From Lingula anatina (taxonomy: Eukaryota > Animalia > Brachiopoda), in the NCBI GenBank assembly GCA_051362555.1, contig CM120644.1:13104567-13168566 (forward strand): DNA of 64,000 bases, read 5' to 3'. The notes below the pieces were generated by a model. That model was not told the origin of the DNA. It did no database searches and saw only the letters and a program-made list of their open reading frames with translations. The translations under genes were made by a program, and so were the position numbers. Positions 1 to 14,319 of the stretch are shown piece after piece (position 1 is the stretch's first letter; every line of letters begins with the position of its first letter).

Positions 1-23
1 ATGATCAATTTAATGCAATCGTG

Positions 24-67
<44 letters not shown>

Positions 68-245
68 CTCTATGCATCGTTCAGTTTGATCTTTGTGTTG
101 TTTCGTTATACCACATTGCTTAGTGCTTCGGTTATTAGCCAATACAAGTAGGTAAATTTTATATGACATATGCCCCATGTGTTTACAGACATTTTATCAC
201 TCAGTTTAATGTATTCTTTACCATGAGACAATTTTCACTAGCTAC

Positions 246-2848
246 CTTGGTTTCTTGAAGAATTTATGATATTTCTTTGTATCTGGCGCGGGGAAAATTC
301 TTTCAAAGTCACCTCTCCGATGGTATTCGCCCACAGTTTCAACTAGCATCCTGATATCGTCTGGGGTCAATTTGTCCAGTATACTTTGCTGGGCTACCTG
401 CAAGAGTATCATTTAATGAATTTCTCCAGACCTTTAAACAACGGACTGATGGGTTGAATATTTTCCGTGCTGCATACAAAATTTTCATATTCATATTTCT
501 TCACTATATGCTTTTTCGTCAGTGGATTACTACTGTGGTCATGACATCTTCCTGGTGAGGACTTCTTTCATTAAATTGTTAAAATGAACAGAAAGAATTT
601 GTCACCGAGCTCTTGAACTTTAATCCAAAAGAAAATTCGCCCTGAAGCTAAAGTAGATGAGACAGAATATAATTAAATGCCTGAAGTTGAGGCGCTTTTA
701 CAATTTTGAACAAGGACTCTTTCAGACAAGCAAAGATGAAGAAGGTTAGAAATTACCTCGTCGGTGATGCCAGTGTATTTCGCATGTTTTGTCTTTTCTT
801 CGTCTGTGAGCGGCTGTGTCCAAAGGTTTCTATTCATTACAAGGTGTTCTGGAACCGCGTCTTCTTCAGTGCTAAAACAAACAATGACTTAATTAATGCA
901 CGGAAAGCGAAAAACGAATGATAAATAGATTTTACCCTTTTTGCCTATAGCACAATATCATAGTGTCTAAAAGATATCACAGTGTCTAAAAGAGTGATCA
1001 TGTAATTTTAATAATTTAAGTGACAGGCACAAACAGATATGCTCTATTTCAATGATCGCCAATATTTTTCTTTTGGATCTTTAAGGCAGTTTTGGTTTGA
1101 TGATGTTATTTTGCTTCGCTGTCATTCTGTTGCAATTTTAAACATAAGCAACGTTCATTGTCAATGTTAAAATCTAGTACGGTTTTATTTGTTCTGTACA
1201 CTGATCACATCTTTCATAATAATAATAATAATAATAATAATAATTCAAAAATACTTCCAATCCAGCATTGGCATTCGCCCAGCCTTCAAATCACTATACT
1301 ACAATAACCTTTTATTCTTTTCATGTATCAGCGTTTCATTCTCTGTATTATTTATAGCACTAGGTCACCTGTGTTTCAGTTTTGGTAGCATCTCTGCAGC
1401 GGGAATCTGGACCCCAGCCAGGTTGAGCATAGACGCCAGCATGGGCTGCGTCACCCTTTTCAGAATATTCCGCGGAAACCTGAGGAAAGACTTTTTCTTA
1501 TCAAAATATTAAAAACCCTAATTAAAGTCAATAAAGACATTTCTGTTATGTTATGACTATTGTTAGAAAATTAACTGTTATAGTAACCTTGCATTTCCCC
1601 CTATACATGTAGCTAGCGCCGCCCCTTTGTATGAAGAAAAGATATGAGACTCTACAAAGCGTAACGCAAGCTCAAGCCTGTATGTTGCTAGGACGTCGCT
1701 TCTTGTCTGGAACTGTTCAAAATAGATATATGTAACATTTAAATGAGTTTTTTTTTTTTTTTTACCTTGGTGATACGTTTACTTCCATAAGCCATGCCTT
1801 CAAGTCTTCATCAAGGAGAATGTCAAATCCAAATAACTCATGTACACTGTATCGGTTCTTTATGAATGCACGAGTGCTTTTTCGCATTTTGGCTTCACCG
1901 CTTGAATTGGGAAGGAAGAAAGAAATGAATGCATCTATAACGCAAATTTATATTGGATAAAAAAAGGAAAGAGGACTGCTCACACACACACACACACGCA
2001 CCCTAAAAAAACATTAATTGACCCAAAATAAATCGTAAACCAATTTAATAAAATTTGGCAAAAATTGACAATTAATTTATTAACTTTTCTTGGGTGAGCA
2101 TGACGTTATTAGTTTGATAACGTAAAAAATATGTTTTCCTTTATAAACTTTAGAGTGGTACAAAATATCACAGAGTGTACTCTCTGCCCTACAGACAAAC
2201 AGTGTAAATTCTTTCAAAACAGATGTACTTAGAATGTGTATCATATATTCAAGCGCACAAACCTGTCTGGCAGCAGAGTTCAGGTTAGCTGTCCTCACGG
2301 CTCTTATCTCACTTTTTTTTTTTTTTAGAATAAGATTAAAGTGTACTTACGTTAAAATAGTTTTGATAACCACATCTTTTATACTGTCCCAAATAGGTTG
2401 GTGTTCAACACCATATTTCTCTTTTAAATAGCCCCATAGCCAGGTAAAGGACCTGAGGAAGAAAATGGCGTGGGATATATAATAGAAAATCATTGATAAA
2501 TCAGCGTAAATGACTTAAATATACATTTATATATTAGAAAATGTGAAGAAGATGGTTTAATGAGAAGTGTAGTATCAAATAATACGTACAGTACAATAAT
2601 ACGTACATGTATAATAATACGTACAATCATAGTTTTTCTAAAGACGAATATTAATCGTGAATTGCCGCGCAGGAGACACTTCTCTTTAATAATTCCATTG
2701 CCAGTGGCGGGCTGAAGTTGCTGACGCCTAATACGAAAGTGTGATCAACATTGCCATATACGTGTACATACAGTGTGTACAGACACAGTGCATGAGCATT
2801 TGAACCTTTCCCATACCTAGATCGATCTAGCAGGATGGACCCAATGCT

Positions 2849-2897
<49 letters not shown>

Positions 2898-3490
2898 AAA
2901 ATTGCTTTCAGCTTAAGCGGCTCTAATGGCTGGCACGCCTACTGAGGCTGTGAGGTGGTAATTAATCTCGTTAAGCAGCTTCAGTGGGCGTGCCAAACAT
3001 CTACATGTTGGCCGCTTAAGCTTAAAGCAATTTAGCAAGAAACTCCTCGGAGATGGGTCGATCCTGCTAGATCGATCCAGGTATGGGAATTGGGTCTTCC
3101 ATACCGTCTATTTCCGCGTTCCATATTTTCATCGACGAAGTAGCCCGAGTCTTCTGGGACCACGTCGCGGTTTGTTAAATGTATCGCTCTGTTGTGTAGG
3201 TCGTCCATTGTGTATCTAGTAAGTGAAAACCAAATAAATAAGAATTAATCTGGCATTTCCATATAAATGACACAGGAAATTTTGATTTGATTCACAGATT
3301 GCACTGTCTAATGAAACGATGGGAAAAGTTAACAAAAGCGTATTAAGTTCAACAGCAACGTTTCTAAAATTATCATATTTTTGTTACTGTTTCATAAAAC
3401 AAAAAATAATAATAATACTTCGTCCAGTTTCCTTACCAAAGAATTTAAAAAGCATGTATGCATTTGAAGATTCCAACACACACACACACA

Positions 3491-3531
<41 letters not shown>

Positions 3532-3771
3532 AAGTAAGATGTACTCACTTTTTAGCGGATATTCGAACACTTCCCTCATTTAACAAATATATCCGCAGCG
3601 GATCAATACTGGTGACATGAACATACAGCCTTAAGTCCATCTTAAAGCCATCGCAAAGTATTGGATTAGGGATATACCTAGAAGAAGATACCTAACCGTA
3701 AATAACTAACACTAAATATGCTATTCGACCTTTATGACATCAATCCTATGGGCGAATTATTATTATTATTA

Positions 3772-3806
<35 letters not shown>

Positions 3807-6800
3807 TTGATGAAAAGACCAGAAGGTTTTCCAGTTGTGGTCACGCGTTTAGCTCGACTTTTTCCGCTTCAACGCAACAGGATGTTAACCAAAACTGTAC
3901 ATGTATAATAATCCAACGATTAATAAGATAACTGCAAGTAAATAACCATGCATTCAAGTTACTCTCTGACCCCAGGGTCCGCTAATAATCTGGTACAAAA
4001 TCATTGCACCGGGCCTTTATTTTAATTTTGTATGCTATTTTAGAGGCCCCTGATATCAGACATAAGGTTCAAATAAATATAAGTGACCTATAAAACATTA
4101 ATTTTTGATTTTACAAAATTGTGTGTCATATTAAAAATGTTTTGATTTTTTTGAATATATATGTTACCTTTGTACAACGACATATTCGTTTTCGGGAATC
4201 TGTTTCCAGTCGTTTACAACTTCAATCCCATTTCCTCCAAATGTGCATGACTGTCCAAAAAGATAATTGACATACATGAATATCAATATATTTTATGTAT
4301 CATCTACAAAAGTAATCATCCAACATATAATCCAATACTAAAACAACAGCATTGTACTTCACCGAACGCAGGTCGAGTGTGCATGTTTGGCTGAGTGGGT
4401 ATGTGTGTGCACGCACGCGCCTGCGCACCCGCACCGCTGGTTCAGGGGTTCATACAGCATGTGAAATGACGTAATTGCTGATTTTTCGAGTTTGATTTTT
4501 AACACGTGCTTGATTTAACGTGTGTTTGAGCTATAAATGTTCCAGCACTTGCTCTTCTGTTCGCTCTCAATATATGTTCACATATGTGACGCGAGGGATA
4601 TTGAAAGTGAAAGGCATGAGCGTAACATAGCTCAATTGCTGCGTTAATGAAAATCAATTATATTGACAATAATTTATATTATTCATTTTAACAACATACC
4701 GGTTTCAATATCCATGCACCTTTTTCCGTGCTGTCCCACGCCCTTTTCAATGATATCCTATCAAAGGGTAAAATAAACGTTCTAGGAAAGAACCCATATT
4801 CTTCACTACCGTATTTGATCTTAAAATGCAGAAGATTCCCGGCGAGTTTATCTTTACAACCCAAGATCCAACTGTCTGGAAAGTGATTAAACTGAAATAG
4901 AAACAGACATTCTTTTAAAAAACTATTATTATGATTCACATCACAATATTTGATATTGCAGCAAGAGGCCGATTCTGAGAGGCGAATGGCACAAAATGTC
5001 AAAAATAAATAAAGAAAGAAATACAACTTCCGTAATTTTTTAGACAATTGTAATTTGAAGTGACCTTGAACGTGAAGTCCCGGGCCCTTCAGGATGTTGG
5101 GTAATACGGGCCTCCCACAAACCAAACATATAGAATTTAAACCATTATTGAATTGAAATGATTTATCTATATAGTCCTTTTATTCTATGATCTGATAATC
5201 TTGAAACACGCTTGATTCCCTTGGTATGGTAAAAAAATAGTTGGATTAAATTCTTATGGTTCAATTCCGAAGGTATTTATTATTATTATTATTATGATAC
5301 TAAATGAAATCGTCATTACATGCACCTTCTAACCTTTTGATACGGACGGACCATTTGATAGTACTTTGTCTCGTTGATTTGATAAGGAAGACTGAAATAG
5401 AATGTGTACTCCCCTGCATCTGAAAACGAATTATTAGAGCATTAAAGTTAAACTGTGTTCATATAATTGCGGATTCAGGACTTGAGTAGATGGCAAATGC
5501 GTCACGCAGCCCCTCCCCTTGATTAGGCTTTGGACACCCCCCCCCCCCCCCTTCATTTTATCTTCTTTCCAAAAAACAGTATAATGGGAAAAACGAGATA
5601 AAAAAAGTAGTTTGCCAATTCCTGTGCTCTTTAAGGCAAACATTCCTTGGACAATCCCTCCCCCCGCCCTCCGCACAATTATGGACCCACCTTTGTCTTT
5701 CTTTGTATTCAATGTGTAATAAGAAAAAGGGAACATTTGTTCTTAGCGTTTAACAGAGATTAATGCCAAAGTCGATCTTGTAAATTTGAAAATGTACAGT
5801 CTTTTGTATGCCTGTGTATTGTCATGTTGTTAAACAGGCTCCAAGGCAAAATACTGAAAGCAGCAGTATAACATATGAACACTGCCAGCTGAAATATACA
5901 TGGACCCCCCTTTGCTTCCAAGAGGAATAGACATTAATCATCATTAAGGCCAACAATTAATAAAAAACATTGGACGAGAGTGAAGAACATGTCCTTAAAC
6001 GTCAGATTCCTTTCTTTGTAAGGCTGTTATCATAATTATGGCAACTATCATCAACTAACCTGTACTATGTGTAAAACCAGACCGTGAAATATAACCTGCT
6101 ATGACGGAAGACGGATCACCGTAATACTTTAGCCGGCTCCGTATGGCTGGTGGTAATTCCTCCACTGTAATATGAGAAAATGACTAAATAAGAAATTAAT
6201 TTTATGATGGATTGGAAAAACATTTCCGGTTGAGATGCTGCACAATAAAAGGAAATACATTTATTAACGAAAAATCGCCAGCATTTCTCAATCATGTAGA
6301 AACTGTTATTTTTTCTCTACTCGCCTTGGTGATATCTGTACATTATACACTGTAAACTATAATTATTATGAATTACATGAATATAAGGATATTATTACTG
6401 CTACAAGAACATTTACTACTAGATTCGTGGCACTAAATTATAAAAGGTTGCTAGGATTTTTTTAAAAATTAAAAAATAATATGAAATGTGTTCTAATTTA
6501 AGCAAATTTCCTCAGTAACCCCCCCCACCCCACCCCAATGTACGTAGGCCCTACCTTGCTGGTCTGGCCTGACAAAGTTTATCGTTGGTGGAACATTAGA
6601 AAATAAACTAAGGGTCAACGCGGGCTGAGCGATGTTCTTTTTTTCGTGCTTTTTGGCGATTTCTTCAGTTAAAGGCGACACCGGTTTCCCGGAGGGACAG
6701 TCGTTGGTTCCAGACGATGACTCCTGGCCCTCACCTGCCTTGGTCGCACACTGACCATCTGTGGTTACCGCAGGGTCACCTTTTCGAAAAAAAAGAAGAA

Positions 6801-7070
6801 AAAACTTTTTAAATGGCATTGCTTAATGCTGAGGTGCGAATCAACGCACAGCAGATGTAACCACCGTGCGGTACATTTATGCGACAAGAGTGTGAAGAAT
6901 GGTAGAGATCAAACTGAGAAAATGTACGTTACACATGTTCATGTCAATGAACGTATTTAGCCCATCTGACTTACTTTGCCTCTAAGTACATGTAGACAGT
7001 ATAGTACCCTACACTACAGTAAAGTACTGCTTTTCTGACTATGTAATTATATCAACCATCCAATGACAGG

Positions 7071-7135
<65 letters not shown>

Positions 7136-7260
7136 GGCCAGTGATACATATAGCTTTAAAATATGTGAATGTATTACTTTGGTAAAATGTGCAATATTAC
7201 TATAAATAAAATAGGGCAAACAGATATGAATGTGAAAAAACGTACCTGAAACATGTTCAC
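246..7260 (-). CDS. TTLL4: TTLL4-like tubulin-tyrosine-ligase-family ATP-grasp ligase, paralog A (multi-exon; 5' start unresolved, last exon lies left of the window)
   Basis: Hand-spliced exons, all GT-AG with consistent phase: (7246-7260 putative microexon), 6555-6779, 6060-6164, 5334-5419, 4700-4891, 4168-4250, 3549-3677, 3105-3215, 2351-2452, 1766-1900, 1369-1479, 757-871, 246-397. Motifs: [12 protein letters not shown] (TTLL4-type), [88 protein letters not shown]. The symbol means TTLL4-like, not proven orthology. Confidence 0.88.
2808..3089. mobile_element. MITE-like palindromic element in TTLL-A intron, with internal poly-T
   Basis: The left arm TTCCCATACCTAGATCGATCTAGCAGGAT..GCAAAATTGCTTTCAGCTTAAGCGGC pairs with the right arm GCCGCTTAAGCTTAAAGCAATTTAGCAA..ATCCTGCTAGATCGATCCAGGTATGGGAA. 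A ~44-nt T run interrupts the left arm. It ends ~15 nt from the donor at 3104. Confidence 0.7.
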
Positions 7261-8829
7261 CTGAAGCTAAAATCACTAATACAAAAATGCGAAAAAACTT
7301 GTCAAAAAAGCCTTTGCACATTTTCATTAAATCCTTATTTCGTTCGATGACGTTGCAGAAAAAATAAGTTTGAATACAATTAACCTTTTACACGCGCTTA
7401 TGCAGCCAATGTGCGTAAATGATAGCGTCCTAAGAGAAGTCGTCCACCGTTAAAGTAGTGACTTTGCAGTTTTATCAATTGAAGAAAAGCGACGGAGTCT
7501 GATACATGTGTGACCGCCTTCTTCAAACCCATGCATATGTAATTGGCACACCATCTAGGTACAGACTGGTTCAAGTCCGCAATTATTGAAATTATCTATG
7601 CATCCATGCATGCCCACCACATGTACATTTGTCGGGTATCGGAAGTCCCCATCTCCATAATCGGCTGGTTTAGATTGTAGATGGCGTAATTGTCGGATCT
7701 CTGAAATTACCTGTGGAATATGCTCAATAAGCAAAGGTCTAGCCTGATTAGATTTCTGCTACATAAAGGTGTTTGAACTCGACTGATAAGAAGAAAAACA
7801 CCTTATCTACAGTAGATGCAGCGGAACTGAATACGTGCAAGGGCAAACTGATATGAAAACACATATAACATGAAAACACAAGTGCCGGTCCCGTGACAAC
7901 GATAATCTTCTCGGTTAAGCCACAAGAAATCGGTTTGTGTACATTTATTATTTACCATATGTAAGCGGCGCATCTGAAACATGCGCGCGTACATGATCGC
8001 CCAGGCTCTAGGTTAAGTATTTTTCCATCTCTCCGCACACTCATATACTAAGACCCTCTTGTAAAACGTTTTCCTCGATAAGAGTAAAGACAGGCATTTG
8101 AGGACATTCCCAATGTTTCACACGTTTAATTTCACAATTTGCGTCTCAGCCGATATATTTTGATGTCGTTAGTCTCTTCTTCTTCAAATACGATATCACA
8201 AGTGCACATTATTTGTAAGAGAAGTGAATAAACTATCAGTATGCCTAATTGGTATCTCGACTGTGAGATAAGGCTGCAGACGACGTAGACCAGTAATCAA
8301 GAACTCCCCCATTATAGAAAGGCTCCAGATAAGAATCTTTCAGTGCTCTCATATTCAAGACTGCTATACCCACTGTCCGCCTTACTCGCATTGTACCAGT
8401 TACTCGCATTGTACCAGTGCACAGTAAGCTGCATGTTTTAGACCGTTGAGTTTTATTTCCAAGAACATGACAAACGCACGGTTATTAGCGGTCGTTATAT
8501 TTTTGAAAGTTTTTGGATCAAGTGCGGACATTACAGGTAAGTTGCCAAAAATATTGTGCTGATTTATTTATTGGAAATATCCCTGGACATATTATTATGT
8601 TCAACGATCATTATTTGTGCACAAGAAATATATTTGTGAATATACTGACTGAACCATCTACCACCTACAGTAGAGGGCAATACGTAGGTTGACTCGTAAA
8701 ATGTCACGGAGAATTTTTTTTTCAAAATAAATGCCAAGCTTATTTTAATTTTGGCAATATTGCTTCTTGTATATATAAAACCTAATAAATGGTATTCGTC
8801 CAGCAAACGATGTCCACAGTATCGTATCC
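7261..8829. promoter_or_regulatory. Divergent intergenic region / shared promoter of the two TTLL4-like paralogs
   Basis: The genes point away from each other. Candidate upstream-exon donors are at 7709-7710 (minus, CAG|GTAATT) and 8537 (plus, CAG|GTAAGT). TSSs are not located. Confidence 0.45.
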
Positions 8830-10848
8830 ATGGGGACGGATCCCACGGGATTGGCTTCCTCAACCGAGACGCGTACGAGCTCTGCAGCGGATGCGTGTTC
8901 AGAAAAACGACGTAAAGGGCCTGTGGCTACAGATACAAAGCCAGATACACCTGCAATGACAGATCAACACCACGACTGTGATAGCATAAATAAAGCAAAG
9001 GAAGTATTGAAAGATGATGTCATACAGCGTAAAGATGACGTCATACAGCGTGCGCTAACTCCAAGCTTGTTTTCTAACGTCCCGCCAACCATTCATTTTG
9101 TGAGGCAAGAGGAACAAGGTAACTTTTTTAAATTCATTTTATCTCATGCATTGTGATGCTGCAGAATATACTTCAATTCCATTGCATATACTTCATTTCG
9201 TATTTTTGTATTCGACATCTGTTACTTTGTTATTTATTTATTTATTTATTTATTTATTTTATTTATTTATTTATTTTTTTTTTTTTTTTGCCTAGATTCA
9301 TTATTTCTCATTTCTCCCTATCTTTTTCAATTTTTTGGTTCTCTTACATTCTTTTTACCCTCCTTCCTTCTTTCCTTTTTTTCAGTTTCAATCTTACAGT
9401 TTATTTATTTCAGTCAACTGTAATCACGCAGTGACGTTAATTTCCCTATATTTTAGTGGAGGAACTACCGACTGCTGCAAAGAAACGTTTAAGATACTAT
9501 CACAGTATAAATAAAGTCATTGAAGAGTTCGTAACCAGAGTTGGTTTCACACCAACAAAAGGTATGTTGAGTCTTTGTACACTGATATATAAGCGAAATT
9601 AGACCGTGACCGTAGAACTGATTCCCGATTTCAAAATGGCGGACATAACCTGTTTTCCAGCCCCAAAAAAGGAGGGGGCAAATTTAACCAAAGGTATAAA
9701 AATTGTACAAAAAGTTTGCTCCCTCTTTTGTCGATGACTGAGATTCACGAATGTATTAAAAGTGATTGAAGAAATGTTCGATAATTGTATTTGTCCAATA
9801 TACTGGTACATTGTATAAATACCCAATTTTTCGTAAACATGTTTATTCTTTTAAAAAATTTACCTTCAGCCAAAATATATGACAGTATACCATTTGGTAT
9901 CACATCATAAGTGACATATTAAATTAGCAATAAAAACTACTAGTAGTATTCGGTGCCTGAAATTTTATTTCAAATTTTTTCTTGTCCTTTACAGAACCCC
10001 AGATACACAGCTTCTACTTTGGCCAACCTTACCAGCTACACCGGACAGATTCCTATCAGACGGTTAAGCCGCACCAAAAGGTATGGATAAAGTTGTAATT
10101 GAAGCTTTAGCTTCAAATTCTGGCTTAAAAATTGTCAATATTAATAACAGCAATTTCAGGATGTGCTGAATACAACCAAAAAAAATTAAATAATTAGAAA
10201 AAACAGCATGTGAACGAATTGAATCAAAGCTTGTATTTGCATGTAATTTAAACTAAATAAGTTGTTATTATTTATTTTACTTGTTTGTTTGTTATTTGTT
10301 TCTTTGTAGTCTATTGTCCCTTTTTGCAAGCGTACTTGAAACAGAGACCCTATTTTCAGGATATATAACACTAAAAAGTGTCAACGATATTTTCAGTTCA
10401 ATCATTTCCCAGACTGCTGGGCACTTGGTTGCAAACATCATCTCGCAGACAATCTACAAAGACATAAACTTAGACATGGCGAAGATGAATTTGACTTCGC
10501 TCCCCAAACTTTTGTCTTACCGCGGGACAAGGATGTTTTCCTGCAAACTTTGGATGAAAGCGACGAAGATCAAGCGTGGATAATTAAACCGGTAATAATG
10601 CTGGTAGTGTTAATCAAAATAAAAACAAGAACGTCATAAAACAAGACATTCTCTTGGATTGCTAAGGGGGTCAGTAGTGTAAAAAAATCCATTTATCATT
10701 ATAAGAGTGAACTGAATAAGCCATTCAACAATATGCAGTAAATAAATTATATTTAAAATATAAATAAATAAATAAATAAATAAATATTCAAGTGAAATGT
10801 CTTTAATGGATGCCGAGGCCTTGTTTAAGTTATTATTATTATTATTAC

Positions 10849-10891
<43 letters not shown>

Positions 10892-11318
10892 GGCAAGTGG
10901 TAACACACTTTTCCATTCTCCAGGCTTGCAGTCATGGTGGGCAGGGTATTGAAGTGATAACCAAAGGGCAGCGGGTGATCGTAAAACAAGAATCCGTCGT
11001 ACAAAGGTAATAATGGAATGTATGGGACAGAACCGCATGGGTGGAACGACCGAATATGAGAATGGTTGACTGCCGTTTTTGAGACTGGAAATGGGGAGGA
11101 CGTTTGGGAATGATTTACTTAAAGGAGTGCAAAAGATGATGTCTTATTATGGGCGTGTGCACATTACATGTATGACAGCATGTTTATGACGTCATATTTC
11201 GCCGAATAGACTTATGAAAATAAGGAGGGATCTGAAACTATTATGGCAATAATATTTTTTTATCTACTGACTCTAGTTATTTAGCAGGACACAAATTTAT
11301 TTTAATTTTTTGTATTAC

Positions 11319-11355
<37 letters not shown>

Positions 11356-12144
11356 TATAATAATAATAATAATATTATTATTTGATTTATTTGAATTCTA
11401 AAATTCAGTATAATGTACAGTTGGAATTACATAAAAAGAACCAAATACGTAAAAAGTTTCCATGTTTGATCATAAAGATGCTGTTATTTTTTTCTTTCTC
11501 TTAATTGTATATCTCGTCACCACCAGGTATATACCTAACCCCATATTGATAGACGGACATAAGATGGATATCCGAGTTTACGTCCTCGTGGGGAGTATAG
11601 ATCCTCTGAGGATCTACATGTATGAGGAAGGGCAAGTACGGATAGCTCATGAAAGGTTAGTACAACCGCCCTCTCGCTCGGTGTCGTACTAGTACATGTA
11701 CCACAATAGGGGAGCATTTCAGTGAAGTCGGTAACTCACACGTTTTGTGTAATATTTGCATAACTTTTCAGTTTGTTTTAAATACCTGTTGATTTTGTTC
11801 TCCATTGGAGAGTAAAACACCGTGAAACGGCGAAAAATATAATAAAGGGACAAGTCACTGTCAGGCAAATTTTACATGAAATGTATGCGTTACAGACGCG
11901 ACTGAAATTTTTAGATATATTTTTTGTTGAATAACCCCTGTATGTGTGCTTTGTAAGATCATCGGCCAGTTTGGTTGTGGGCTCAGAAGGTCAGCGATAA
12001 GCTGACCGATAGTGATGAGAGGTCAGATGGATCACAGCAAAGGTGATTATCGGTGCTTTAACACATCTCACATTTTTAATTTTTTTCTGCCTTGTTTTTC
12101 CTGGTAGATGGTACTCTGAGAGATTTGGTCCTCTGAATGCTTCT

Positions 12145-12198
<54 letters not shown>

Positions 12199-14287
12199 TG
12201 ACACTGTTATGTGCATGCACAGTAATAATCAGGATAGCATAAACATGCATATATTTTCTATTCTATTTTATTCTTCTATTCTATTGTTGTGGTGAAACCA
12301 ATTAAGTGAAACCAATTAAGAGAATTCAAGCTAAATCAAGAGCAAAAATGTATGTTTATTCACATCTTTCTTTTGATTCAGATATTCCACGGATAACTTC
12401 AACAAATTGACGACGCATCTAACCAACTTTGACGTGACCCTTGCGAACATTAACAACGACGTCAAAAACGCCGCCAAACACAAACGGTGAAATACCACTT
12501 TAAGCCTTGTTACATTGGTATTCCCAAAGAAAGAAATGATTGAAATTTTAATAGAAGATAGATTTAGGATTGATTGTGTGGAACACATTTATAGCAATCG
12601 CTTCCATTGTAAATTTTTCTTATATTGCAGCATTTCTTGGTAAGCTAGTGAAACTGGATAGGATGTTTAAGCACCTCCTTCCACTGCCAAAATCATTTTG
12701 GTAAAAAATTGTGAATTTGGAAATATAGAGCATCTTCTTTGAAAAATGTGAAAAAAGTCATGGCGAGAAGGAAAGGGTCCTCGATCATCCTGCCTCCGCT
12801 TTTTTATTTATTTATTATTATTTATTTGTACTGTGCAGAATGTATGTGATATCGCAAAAACGAACAAGTGTTAATGAGTTTAAATAATGACTAATTTATA
12901 TTTATCTACAGCAAACCGCTGTCGTGGTTTTGGGAGCACAGTGGTGTCCAACGACAGCCAGTGTGGGATAAAATCAAGGACATCGTTATCAAGTCAATCA
13001 TTAGGTACGAGTAAGACCTGGAACATTTATAATTAATTACGAAATTATTCAATTAAAAAAATTAGATTGTATACTTAACCCTCGTAGGTCATCATTATTT
13101 CTTTTACTTTTCATCCATTTTATGATATTTTATAGTGGGCACAATCTTAAGCTTTGACACGTGACATCCTCATTTTCTAGATGGTATTTCTTTAAGAATA
13201 TCTATCACATTATTTTATAGCTAGCCTATTCACAGACATGATCATCACTTAACATAACTGATCCCCAATATATTGAAATCTATTTCTACTTAAACTTTAT
13301 TTTAATTTCAATTTTGTCATTAACCTCACGAACAATTCTCCAAGCAATCCGTGCTTTTGCCACGGACACGGAAATAAACATTGTGATTGTTTTGTCATTG
13401 TTGAAGGTACACTCCATGAAATTAAGTCGCCAAAATGGATTTTCCCGGGAAAATAAGCGAATTTGTCGTACTTACAAAACATTATCTAAACCTCCCTGGA
13501 CTTACATATTCGACCTTTAATTGAATTTATAAAGTTTTAATTTAAGTTTAAAATGACTGGTCGGTCATTATAAAAGAGACCATATTCCTATAATCCCCAA
13601 TAGAAATATCTACATCATGTACGCTCCAGAAAAAAATATTCTGATCAACTAGTCTATCACTTCCCGCATATATCGCCCCGTGCCTATGCCCCCCTTCCCT
13701 GTTGCTCTCCTTTACAATAATATGAGTATCAATAGTGCTATCACAATTATTACTATCATATAATCATAATTAATTCATTTAGCTACTATTAATTATGATA
13801 ACGCAGGCGAGCACATAATGCTGTGGCGACGTGCTGCCTGCTTGGAATTCATTTACTTTGTATATCTTTACTTTATATATATATTCCAGGAGGAAAATCA
13901 TTTAAAGGTGTATGTAAGGTTTTATAAGAAGCTAGGGATGATAATAATAAGCATTTTGAGGATGTTCATATCCACAGAGTGTACCTTTAATTATAAAAAA
14001 AAGTGTATATTTTGCATTCAGCGGTGAAGCAAAGATACGAGACGCAACCCTATCGAACATGGCAAGCAGATACAGCAACTATGAATATCTGGGATTTGAC
14101 ATTTTTCTTGACGATGATCTAAAACCCTGGATTATGGAAATCAATACGTCGCCCAGGTTAGTAGACCGTTGGTTTCATATAGCTACTCGATGGGCTGCAC
14201 TCTTCCTTTTTATTTTTTTAGTTTTGAAGACGTGTTTGTTTAAAGTTCGTTTTGTTTTAAAACCAAAAAGACCGAGCCTAGGCAGAC

Positions 14288-14319
<32 letters not shown>

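Noticed and set aside
246-6779. TTLL-A as a pseudogene
   Set aside because: All visible exons are open, in phase and have canonical splice sites. The missing ends are explained by the window edge and an unresolved 5' exon.
1189-10890. Poly-I/Y/N/K/RE ORFs (e.g. 1189, 2651, 3319, 3734, 7052, 10634, 10810)
   Set aside because: Products of (AAT)n, (TA)n, (GA)n and poly-T microsatellites in introns.
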